From: Phoronis australis
Taxonomy: Eukaryota; Animalia; Phoronida
Length of the DNA: 64,000 nt
Reading direction: 5' to 3'
Assembly: GCA_002633005.1 (NCBI GenBank)
Contig: NMRA01000246.1
Span: 543,598-607,597, forward strand
Within the stretch, counting starts at the first letter, position 1. Each line of letters opens with the position of its first letter. The position numbers were made by a program, and so were the translations under genes. This document shows positions 27,601 to 40,000 of the stretch, one piece after another. Below the pieces are notes generated by a model. It saw only the letters and a list, made by a program, of their open reading frames with translations, did no database searches and was not told where the DNA came from.

Positions 27601-29689
27601 CTATATTTTACGAACTGTTTTGCAATGTTATTTATGGATTCTGAAACTCCAAGATGGCTGACGCAATGTAATATTACGAAGTGCTGGTTTATAGTATTTA
27701 AGGTTATGGACACTGATAATGACAACTTCCTGAGCAGAGAGGAATGGGTGCGAGGAATGTCTGTCTACCTCAAAGGGACATTTGACCAGCATATTGACAG
27801 TAGGTTTTCTTATATTCACGCCCTGTTTTAAGCCACTTGCTGAATGCCTGTTTTTTACAATGTTGTTCTGTCTTGAATTGTTAATTGAAATCAAACAAGA
27901 TTTTACAAGTTTTGAAATTTTCTCAGCACTCACCTTGCGGTCATTGGCAATATTTCAGACTTTTGCGGTGACACCGATTAAATTTTTTTCTCGACAATTG
28001 TTAGAGTATGCAAGGGCACGTGGCTTCGGGGATTTTTGTGCCCCGATCATGATTTGTTGTATAACATTGAACAAAATTTATCTAGTTAATTTAATTTGAC
28101 GTTTACTTCTCTAATTTGCCACATTCGAGTCCTGCACTTTAACTCTTCGGATGTGTACGTAGTTGATGACACCATCTGATTCACCATCTGAATTAGATGA
28201 ACATGTGTTATGAATATGCTATCCTTGTCTGTTGTGTGAGTTCCTTATATCTGATGATGCATTTTATTTTATTAATGCTTGAGATACCTGTAAACATGAA
28301 TTTGTCCTTGCCTTCTGTGATTTTGTGTAAACTTATTGGTGCTTTTTGTTCTTTTGCAGCATGTTTCAAGTGTTTTGATACCAACGGTGATGGTTATATA
28401 TCCCGAGATGAAATGCAGAGGTTTCTCAAAGATGCACTCATTCATGTTCGTTTTATTTTGTTTTGTTTTATTTTGTTTTTGTTGCTCCATTTATTTATTT
28501 CGATGATAATCGTAGTCGTTTTAGATTTAACGGTAATATTTTATTCTATTACTGCAGTTACTATTATTGTGTTTGTTCATTTATACTCCTCTGTTACTAT
28601 GAGTACAATGTTTTATATGGCTAGTTTTGATTTAGATAACTAAGAAGTCCATTCATTGACTTATTTTTGAAGATACGTTCCCCAAACTCTGACCTCATGA
28701 GAGTTCACAGCTAGCACAAGCCTCCCTGTTATTTTGTCTGCTCTTTAAATTTTATTCATGTTTTAGTAATCATCTAGGGAATCTGTTTTTGTTTTCAGCT
28801 ATGCAAAATATTTAATTTACACTGTTTCATAATATCCACTGCAAGCAGTTTTTGGTAACATTCGGATTTTTTTTAAAGAGGCGTAGAGAACTGTTCATCT
28901 ATCTATAGGTTAAAATCTGCCATCTCCTAAATAGGAAATTGTTCCAAAATTTGATTCCCATCGTTTTACTATTTATGTTGCAGAAGTTTGTTGGCTATAG
29001 GTGTGAATTTTTCAGCTGTGTGGGCCATCATTTTAGTTGCCACATTGGAACATTATTACAACTTCATAATTGATTAGCACTGTCTTTTGCTTTAATCCCT
29101 GAACTGTGGCAACTTTATTTGCAGCAATCTTCTGAAGAAGACCAAGATGAACAACTGAAAGAGCTAACAGATCTTGTTCTGAAGCTGATGGACTTTGACA
29201 AAGATGGACGCCTGTCTCCTGGGGATTACAAGTGAGCTTGTGTTTTCTCTCAGAATTTAAATTTTGCATGCTTTTATTCACCACAATACATTGATAACAT
29301 TGCAGTGACATGTATCCTGTGGCTGTAGTTTGCATTTTTGTCTTCATTCTTGTTATCAATATCATTTTACCAGCCCATTGAAAAGTTAAAATTAGTTGCA
29401 GTCATGTTCTGGAATCCATTCAATAGGGCTAATAGTGTCTTGCAAGTTTCACAAAGTCATGCAAGTCTTAACAAGATAATGCCATGTATTAAGAGTGAAG
29501 CTGAAAAATTCACCAGTGTTACTAAATGCACCCCAGCTACGATATTTTGCATTTTTTTCCAGAGAGGCAGTTATGAAGGAAAGGTTACTGCTCGAAGCCT
29601 TGGGTCCAATTTTCCCTCAGGAAAAATATCAGACACAGTTCATGGAGAGAATCATTGAAGATTACAACAAAGTTAACACTCACAGTTAA
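24685..29689 (+). CDS. EFCAB1: Calaxin / EFCAB1-like, paralogue B (6 coding exons)
   Basis: Exons 24685-24751, 26134-26280, 27695-27799, 28360-28445, 29125-29231, 29563-29689, with the same intron phases as paralogue A and identical 105/86/107-bp internal exons. Protein MANITARKELNLLAERETKHTHFTLLEVQALL...MDRYVFQDILHNDFQITDPYIMDTIFKVMDTDNDNFLSREEWVRGMSVYLKG...[18 protein letters not shown]...SEEDQDEQLKELTDLVLKLMDFDKDGRLSPGDYKEAVMKERLLLEALGPIFP...*. Confidence 0.92.
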
Positions 29690-32600
29690 CTTTGTATACA
29701 CGAAAGCATTAGGCAGTAACTAGAGCGTATGAACGAGTCAGCTTTGTGATAAATATGGTGTATTGTATCAGAATGACTTTGCAACAGCCTCTATTGCACA
29801 CAAGGTTTTGTTGAATGCACAACAATGATGGTTGAAGAGGAGATATGACCAGTCTTGAAATACAGTCAACATTTTATGTATATTTGAATTGGCTCTTTAT
29901 GACCTACTCTAGTCTCGCTCTCTGTAAAATTGAATGGCGATATTGAGAGTCCATAAAAGGCTGTCACTGTTGTGCATTTAAAAATTGCTTTTGTTTTTAT
30001 AGGATACATCACTTTACTCTGATAAGTGACCATTGTGAAAAATGTTTTAACAAGTTAAATTTAAAACTGTCATGTACAGTCTTTATTCCACAGATAACTT
30101 TGTAATGCCAACATTTAAATGGTTGCTAATTCTTTGTATTGAAGTTTTATTCAGGTGTAGTACTTAACTTCAATTTCACTGTGTTCACATCATGTTTAGA
30201 TTGGACACTGATTATTTTACTGGAATTTTAATGGCGACTGGAGCTGGCTCTAGTTACATTTCCTGTCCGTGACTGACTGTGGTGTGCTTTTAAAATACCA
30301 AGAAGTTTTCCATGACAAGATTTGTTTTGAGAAGCAGTAGATTCAGCGCCTGTAGCACAATCTAATTTGCACATTATGTTTTGTTAGTAATGTCAAACAG
30401 CTACATGTAGCTAAAATACCTTTGAAACTGGAATATTAATACTTTTGATCATAAGTGGCTTCTATTCCTTGTCTCAAAAAATCAAATCTCTAATGCATTC
30501 AAGAAATGTTTAATTGTTTGATTTAATAGTTAAAGATGCTCTTTCTACTTCATTTTAGTTAAAAACTTCATGAAACAGATTTTGACACAGTTAGCTCAGT
30601 CGAAACTGAAGCCCAAATAATCCTTACTTAACACATTTCGAAGCATTTTCAAGGTTAACTGAATTATAAATATGAATTCTTTTGTGGTGGTGCACCACCA
30701 TCTAAAATGGCTGCCATAATGAGTGACAGCTGACTCATTAATTATGGGTTAACTCACTCAGCCACTGCCTTAGGTATTGAGGTTTCCGTGAAACCTTGCC
30801 CACTTTAAAAAAATGTAAAGTCCAACACAACTGGGTCTGAAAGTTACAAAATGAATATATTTTTGTGATACCTGTTGACCAACAAAACTCCTCTGTTTTA
30901 AATTGGTGAATGTAAAGGGAAAGAGTATGTTTAGATTATATAGCAGTTATGTGTTTTTCATAGCATAACTTTGCAAGTAATGCACCTTTTCCAGTTAGAG
31001 GGTAACTTGTTTTTGTGGACCTTATTCATTAATTTTGAAATCAGTTTTTCAAAGTTGTTCTGCGAGAAGTACATTAATCAGTTTTCATTTCTGTTAATCA
31101 GTAAGATTATTTTTTTTTATAAATAAATTTCTTATGTGACATAATTGGGATTATAAGAATCCAAGTACCTTTTTGTGGAAATGTCTGAGCTGTGAAGGTA
31201 TTCTTAAACCACCAAAATATGACTGTACTCACTCTACCCTTGGTGATATCTAGAGATCAAACCCATGCTGTGATTTTGTATAACCTGTTGAAATTTTGTG
31301 TTTTATTTTTGTGAAGTGGTTGCCTATTACCTGGTATTCCCAAAAGTCCAACAATGGCACATTCATCAGACCGAAGCTGAAGTTTTCTGCTTAACATCAT
31401 GTTTAATGTCTCATGGGTTTTTTTTTCAACATTCCCGTTCCACTACCGCCCACGTGTCATTGCAAAAGTTCAGTTGGACTTATTGCTGTAATTTTAATTG
31501 TCTGCCTCGTTTGTAATTAGAATGTCTTGTCTTCCAACTTCTGATAAGCCACATTTTGTGAACGAAAGTTATTCTTTTTCAAAAAGATGAAAGTATGATT
31601 ATTTTATATAAACATTATGGAGATTGCAGTTGCAGATACCCACCGGTTCTCAACTGTTCTCGAGGTGCCAATTATATTATCCATACGCATCAATTTTGAA
31701 TTTGTCTTAATTTATGTTTTAGGACAAAATATGGACATGTTTTTCAATGTTTTCAGAACATTTTTGTTTCATTATATACTTAATAACTTTTTATTAATAG
31801 GTGCTACGGCTGTAGGGTGTTTCACAACGATTGTTTTTGTCTTGAGTGAGTGTGTGCGTGTGTTTAAATAATGTTTTGTTTCAATTCAGAATCAGACTTA
31901 TTGTTTTACAGCAATAATTTGGTCAAGATACATCTTTTATTTAGAAAACGAAAGAAAATTGCTGGGGAAATTTTGAGACTACAATTTATTTCAGGTCTCT
32001 CTTTAACATGAATTATTGTGCCTCTGGTGCTGTGTATACTCCCCATGTAACATTACAAACAGACGTAAACTGTTCAGCAAAAAGCTCTCATTTTAGTTTA
32101 GCATTCGTTTTAATTGAACAAACACGACTGACCGACACATACTAACCAGACGGGCCATGTGTTTAGTCAATTGAATGAATGCACAACCAGGAGGGGCCTT
32201 TTGCTGGGCCACATTTCGTCTCTATCGTTATGCATACAAGTGGGTATCGGAAAGTGAATTCAATAGATATTTGTATGTGTTTTTACTAAAGGTATGTGCA
32301 ACAATGAAAAGCGGTTGTTGTCTCCTTAAAGGCCACGAGAAACCAGAATCTGGCTGTGAGAAACAGTGTAAAGATCAGGAGCGCTGGCTCGTGGTATTAG
32401 AATTCCTTCATGGTAGCATCTGTATTCAGTCGTGCTTAATTAAAGCAACTGTAGTCCCATATAATGAAATCATGTTGACTCCAGTTAGCAGTGCTTAGTG
32501 ACTGGTCTAGCACGAATGAATATATTGTTGTTTTTATTCTCTGGTTTTATTGAAGACGTTTATATTTGGCATCTCTGTGATAACCTTTATAATCAGAACT

Positions 32601-35600
32601 ACATGTATATCTAGCACTATCTATTCGTCTAGTTAATGTGCAAAATTTCTAACCGTCCTTTCAGTGCTGCTAGATGTTGTAAACTGAGGACATTTGTGTT
32701 TGTGTGTTATTACTAATTACGTGTCACATTGTACTTTGTTAAGACATGTCGTTTGGTGTGCTTGCCAAATAAAGACTGTGATGAACTTTGGTTTCGTAAC
32801 CTTGAAAATGAACCTCGTGCAAAACAGGCCCGTAGCTTGTGAGAAGACGTGGTGTACGACCGGTTTGTTGGCAAATTTGCGGCGGTGTTTGCTGCGGCAC
32901 TTATGCACTACAGCCAGAATAATTTCTGATTCCTGCTGTCTGAGTACTTTCACTATCGTGGAAGGCAATGGCAACAGGGGGACATGATCGATAATTATAG
33001 GGGCAATGTTGCAGCAGCCGTACAATGTCTTGCACTCTCATTAGTCATTTTCCATGAACTGGCTGCTGGCCTACTGAAAGAGTTGTCTTTTGAAGTGCGA
33101 AAACTTATACAGTGTGTGCATGCAGTACTGCGTTTTCATCACGATATAATGTAAACACTTTGGAACGTTTCATCTGGAATTTAGCGATGAAGAATAAGTA
33201 TAGTTTTGAAAGCCCATATAAACCATTTTATGGCCAGGGTCTAATCGTTTGATTCGAAATCGAACTCGAAATTATATTTGCCATTTCCATCTGTGTGCGA
33301 AATCCAGATAAGTATCTATTATTCTATGACCTGAAGTGCATATTGGCTTCATTGTGTGTATTTTGCGGTTGATGACCCCAGCATTAAGGCTAAAAGTTCC
33401 AGTCTGGACTCAAAATTTCTAGTTTTTACTTGAAATCTCGAGTTTTACACTAGGTTGTAGCTCTAATCTAGGCCGGGTAATCAAGTACGAACTGGGGCTT
33501 GATGAACTCGTATACTTGAACCATAATATTCTCAAGAGTACAGACTAATAGACACATACCTTGAGTTCGTGCAGAAGTAGGATAGAAAATGGAAAAAAAT
33601 GATTTCAAGTTCGCTTACAACGATTGGACCTCGAGCCCTAGTGCGTGTAAAAAACATCAGCTTTCTTCACACGCGTAAGTACTTTTCTAAAGCATGTTAT
33701 CGTATTCTGAAATTGTTCAGTTTGTAGTCTGAGGAAACTACATGGTCTAAATCAAACGTTGTTTTGACGGAAAACGTGGATGAGTGTTTTCCCTTCAAAT
33801 TAAGTCTTGCATTGATCGTCAGTTAACACATCTGAATTTGCTTGTTACAATACTGTATGTATTGAGTATCCGTCTTTGAGCCGTAAAATGTAAAGTTTAG
33901 GCTTATTGATTTACATTCATCCATGTCATGGCGACAATACTTTGGTGGTTTGGTTTATTCTGATGGCTCATTCCGCTACCAGTGACTGTAAACTCCAAAG
34001 TACCATACAAATTGAGAGAAGGTGCAAGATACGCGCACAGTCTAGCTGGTTTAAAAGAAGGGGTACAAGCATTTTATTCTGAAATCAGAGGTGATTTTAA
34101 ACATGTCTAAGTTACTGGAGAAAAATCATGAAAAACCATACATTACACCTATGATCTTTGATTTTGTACCGCTTTTAGCGAGATCACATGTGTTTGAAAA
34201 AGTTGCGTCGGACTGCGTACGAATTTTATTGACATTTTCCTCAGTTTTTTTTTAGAAACCAGATTGTTTTCATAACTTTACGGGTTTCTTATGTGAGCCG
34301 AAGTCTGAAATCTGGGGTTGAACTCATGTCTCTGCAATGTTCGTCTACGTAATACAACATGAACAAAAGTTCCCTACTAGGACTCTCACGCTCAGACTAT
34401 CAGCATATATTGTCATCTGAAACAGACCAGTCCTCAGTTGAAATCGCGTATTTGTAGACTATGAGCATGACAATTAATATCATGAACGCTCTTAGTTAGT
34501 TTGACTTTAATTTTGATTTGTTCTGTGTTGGTTAATAAACAACAAAAATCATGCCTTTATGTATCGTCGGAAGAATTCCAAAACAAGATTGAACCAGAGG
34601 TCAAGCTGAAGGCGTCATATCAACAAGAAAAGTACTAATTGTTTCTGGCGTTTTTGTGTAAAAGGACAGAAAAGTGTCACCCTTAAATTATGGATGTGGC
34701 ATTTTATGACTGAAATTACAACCAGAATCATATCCACCATCAGCCTGGACTTTTGTAAAGGCACTCATTTACAATTGCGAGCAAAACTAATTCTTTATGT
34801 AAAACTTGGGAATGCGTGTTAGTGGGTTTCAAAATGAATGTTTTACGTCGGCAAATTTTGAGTGTTATTTGTAGAGCGCGAAAATGCTTGTTCGAGGGTA
34901 CATGTAGTTTATGAACGATTCTTCACTCTTCACGGCCATCAGTACACGTCTTTGTCTTCTTGTAGGACGTCTCCGAAACAAAATTGCGTCCTATTTTATC
35001 GTAAAGTTGCATACATTATAGGTTTCAAAATACAAGGTCTAGAGATAAGGTAACGCGCCACATGAGATTTTTAGACGTTACTGACTGAGACAAATTGTAT
35101 GTTAACTATAGGCCTCGGCTCATGCAGCACCCAAATCAGGCTGGCTGGCTGAAATGAACTTCTCAGGGACACGTTATGTACATAAATTTCAAATACAACA
35201 AAAAGAAGTCATTAACATTTTAAATGTTTTCTGGGTTTCCCACATGTATGTTTTACTGTTTACCTAATTTCAGCTTAGTTACTTGTATGATAATTAAAAG
35301 TGAGCTTATGACAATATAACAGTTAAATTTCTGCACAAAATTAACTGGTTCTGGTAGCTAGTGCTCTGTCGCCGATGTGATTTCTATGTTGCAGTCAAAG
35401 AAAGAGGTTTGTTCTGTAGTAAAATTTCAGAATTTCGAGAGATGGCGATTTTTGAAGTGTGTTGATTGTGTTTTGTAATGGCCTATATCTGATTGCACAG
35501 ATGCGGGCGTATGCCACTATACGGGGTCCAGAAGGTAATGAAGCTCGACTTACACCTTTGGACAGCACAATTATCTATCATTCGGTGAAGTGCAGGGCTT

Positions 35601-37007
35601 GAAATTCATATCAATAATGAACATTGCCACCTTGTTGATTTTTATTCTTGCATTAGTACTATAATGACGTGCGCAAGAGCTCAACAATGTGTTTGTCTAG
35701 TCGCCTTTTTGAGTCAGCGAGCCATCGGAGTAGCCTTTCTCGTACAAGTCGTTCACTTGATCTTCGCTGAGAGCGCAAGAAAATATACGAATCTGGAAGG
35801 GAAAAAGAAATACCTGATAATGAGGAACGTTCCTGCCTACGCGTTACCAAATGGAATTCTGCGACAACCCTGACCTGATGAACCGAACCATTATATGTCC
35901 ATTTTCATTGACACTCAGGAAATCGCCTACCTCAACTCAATTCCAGAGCCTTTGCCAGAGTATAATACTACACTAGAGCTTTATGACTAAGACGAGAATT
36001 TAAAGTGGCGCCTGCACACTTGGATTTTTTAACTATAAACTAATGGATATTTGTTACTGTGGCTTCATTTGGCTATTTTCTTTATTTTATTGAACTTCCT
36101 TTTACATAAGGTAGCACTGATGAAGTAAGTCATTTGCAGTTTGTGCAGTTAGCGAGTCCAATATTTTTCGTATCGCCTCTTAGTGAGTTTCATAAGTCGG
36201 TAGGCAAAATACTTCATTTAGTTATACTCGTTGTTGGTGCAGGCACTTTTTCGTTACAATCAAAAACACCGAATTCGTGTTTCTGTCTATAGGAACAATT
36301 ACATATTGCGTTATAACCATTTTAACCTTAATAGTGAATACAGTTTATGGTCGGTTGCGTGGTCGATGGTAAACAAACTTGATTTCAAATTACGCCACAT
36401 CACTAATGAATTAACTTTCACCGAATACTTTACTGTAATTTGAGTCCTTTGGTTTATTTTCACATAGTTCGTACGACGCATAAATCCTTGACCACTTAAT
36501 TGCAAGTGGATGTTATAGTCTATTTCTTCTGCAAATATTCATGATATACATGTATGTAGAAGCTAAGATACATGCGACAGTCTGAAGTGCCAACGCTATA
36601 CTGAACATGTACATCAACTGAGAAGAGAAGCGGGTGGGCGTTCTTTGACGCGAGACATTTCGACGAAGATTTTAAGCTTGCAGAGCTTGACGCAAACGGC
36701 TTGTTTACTTATAGGTTTTGTCCCATAACTCAACATTTCAGCCACGCTAACCAATCACTTCAGTGGTGGCCAGTTTACGCTGGCGTACCTCGAGTAAAGT
36801 CGCGAGCTTACTCGGGATACAATCGCTTTCACTTGCGTGACAGTGCGTGCACTCTTGCATGATCTTGCAAAATATGCCAACAACTCTACATAGGCTTATA
36901 TACGGAACACATCCCTGTTAGAAACCCCGCAAGGAATTGCTGGCAGCAGACTGGCGAAATCCTTTATTATTATCCACGTTTCTGCGGAAGTATTGTGTTA
37001 AGGTTAC

Positions 37008-40000
37008 CTCATCCATGTATCCAGTGAATTTGCTGTTTTGATTAAAACAGAATTGGCTGCCAAACGTCAAGGAGGCCAGCGTCTTCAGTATGTCACCAGT
37101 TTGAGATTTAGTGCCGACTAAGACGTTGTCCACATATAAAGACACCATGGCCCCATCGTAAGAAAGCGCAATGAAATGCCACTCGTTTCTTTGAGCCTGG
37201 AATACGGAATTTACTTTTATTCAATCTCAATAGCCTTATGTCTACAAATGTCATCACGAGTAACACGTTGACTCGTCTTGCCCAACTTCCCTAGCATTCT
37301 CGAGATATCCTGATTATATGATTCGAATATTGAGCGGTTGCTATAGGAATTGTACTAAAAGTTCATACGTGTGCACCTGATAGTCCTGAACGAGCAGAAC
37401 AAACTGAAGTAGACGGACTTAATTTATTTGAAAACGTTTTTCATTTCTTTCAAACAGCCAACTTGAATATAAGTAAAACAGATGACAACGCAGCACAAGG
37501 AGCTTCGGGTATCAAATGAGATTATCAGGAGTTGACTCGGGGACTGTTTCGTTTTCGTTTTATGGAAATTGAAAGATTTTTCATGAAAATCATAAATGTC
37601 CTATATTTGATAGCCTCTCATGCACAGGAACACTTTAAAAATAAATCCTAACAGTGGTTTAGGGGACAGTGCATAAAGTACACGTATAGTATCTGAAACT
37701 CATATGAATCTGATAAGCCATCTTTGAGATATTTTGTTCCAAATTTGGCTATTTTATAGGGTCCTACATAACCTTGAATATCATTTCATAGATTTTGGTC
37801 CCAGTCAGAAAACAACTAGAGTGGCCATACACCCACATTCTATCACAAACGTACGGAAGCCCAATAGTGCCAATCTTAAGTGAAGACAAATATTTTATTA
37901 CCTAATATTTTATTACCTAATATTTTATTACCTAATATTTTATTATCTGGCTGGCACCACTTAACTGAACGAAATGTCGCTTCCGTACGAAAGAGACTAC
38001 GGAAGTCGTTCAATCCATTCGTTTCAACGGTAGTTAAGTGGCGGTCGCCTGATAGTTATGTGGCAGCCGCCAGAGGATGAAATATTTTTTTTCACTTCCA
38101 AAAGGCGCTATTGGGCTTCCTACTAATACAACTTTGTCTACCAGGAGGTCCATCTGGGTTTCGCGGAAAGAACTGACGACATTGTTATTTCTCGAGATCA
38201 CTACAGGCTCACCAACTTGACTTGACACAGCGTGCCATTTTACGAGTCGCACCCGGTCTCAAGGAATAGTATACTGCCAGTGCTTTGCAAACTCACGCCT
38301 TAAAGAACAAGTTGAGGCCAAATTCATAGATGTGAATGAGTGGTGGGTTAAAATGTCACTTCTTGGACGGAGCCTGGAGGTTATAACCATTTTAACCGGC
38401 GACAGTTCAAAATCCACCTAACTACGGGTTTTTGTATGCCTATACCTGTGCCTGAATGAACGAATCCTCCACAGGAGTCGAAGTGGTGGCAAATCCTGCC
38501 ATGACATCATCACCGTAGGACCAAACGTTCACACTTCCGTTACCTGTAATGAAAAGGTTTTAGCAAAGACAGATGACTAGTTAAATCAAGTAAAAACGAT
38601 CTACGCGTATGTCTAGTGAAATGTTTTCAGCATAAAATAACAAATGAGATACCCCAATATTACATTTCCGTGTGTGAAACAGAAAAGTACTGCTACTTAT
38701 CAGCTGTGAGTATCAGACAAGTACGGACGTTCCTAATTTTTAATGATCGTCGTTTTTAGAGTGGATTTGCGAGTGGAAAAGACTATAAGTATTCTTTCCA
38801 GGGTATTATTAATTTAAAAAACATGCATGAAAACAACAACGCTAACGAGACTTATCGACTTTATGAGCTATATAATACAATAAGTGGGTTTTGGGATAAG
38901 AAAACCAACTTATTGACCGAGTGTGAAACGTATGAAATTGTTGATTACCATGACGTCCGCCAAACAATTCATGGAAGACGACTATTTGTGCTTCTGTTGA
39001 TCAGTTTTCGCTAACGAATTCTGCGCAGACTAATTTGCTTTGCTATGTTCATATTACCTCATCCTGTTTTTTCACGTGTTTGCGTTGGTTTCACAGTGTG
39101 ATTTTAGTGCATGTTCTATGAGATAGTGGTTATTACTTACCTTATTTAGTGCATGTCCACTGAGATAGTGGCTAGTAATTAACTTATGATGACAATTGTG
39201 CAGCTTTGGAAAATACAACTGACATGTTATTTAAATTTGAGACGATCCTAATGTAAAATTAAGGCTTTTCTGTATTACCATAAGTGCTGTCGATACGTTT
39301 GCTGATTAAAAAGCATAAGCAGTGTGTCCGCAATGGGTACTTATACAATAAAATGACAATAGGAACGTGCTGATCATTGGTGAGTACTAACCAGAGCAGT
39401 CGCCGTTGGTGGCAACAGCCACCAATTCGTTATCGCCCGCCATGTTCTTGAACCATAATGCCACAGCGCGTTTCATGCCATAGTCACTGTTCTTATATAG
39501 AGGAATTTCGATGGAACTTGTGTTGGCATCGTCGAAGTACGCTGTGCCGTTAATAATCTTCGTCGTACCCTTGTCAAAATATTTTTTCATCCTGTCCAAG
39601 CTTGAATCTGTGTCAAAACTAGCCCAAAAGTCGAGACATTCTGAAAAGATAAACCAAGATTTAGTGTTTCACCTTCTTGAATTATGAGAATTCCTCCGTA
39701 AGTATACGTCGAGAGAATATTGAATACAAAAAATATATTACACATGAAATTGTAGAGAAGAGTGACAGTCTTCCACAGATACAGATGGAGTCTGCATCCG
39801 CCGCTATAAAATTGGTCTCAACTTGCTCACATTAGGAATGGTCTTCGTGCAAGGGATTGGCTCGGCGCATATGAAACGTGACGATCGCCAAGTTATTGAC
39901 CCTAATCTCAAGAGAAGAACTGTTGGTTCTGTGAAATTACTTTTAAACTGAAGGAACAAGTAAAAACCAGTTCCATAAACGGCAACGGTTTTCAACATAC

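Noticed and set aside
37889-37948. CRISPR-like or coding repeat
   Set aside because: Simple spacer-less minisatellite in a eukaryotic intron.
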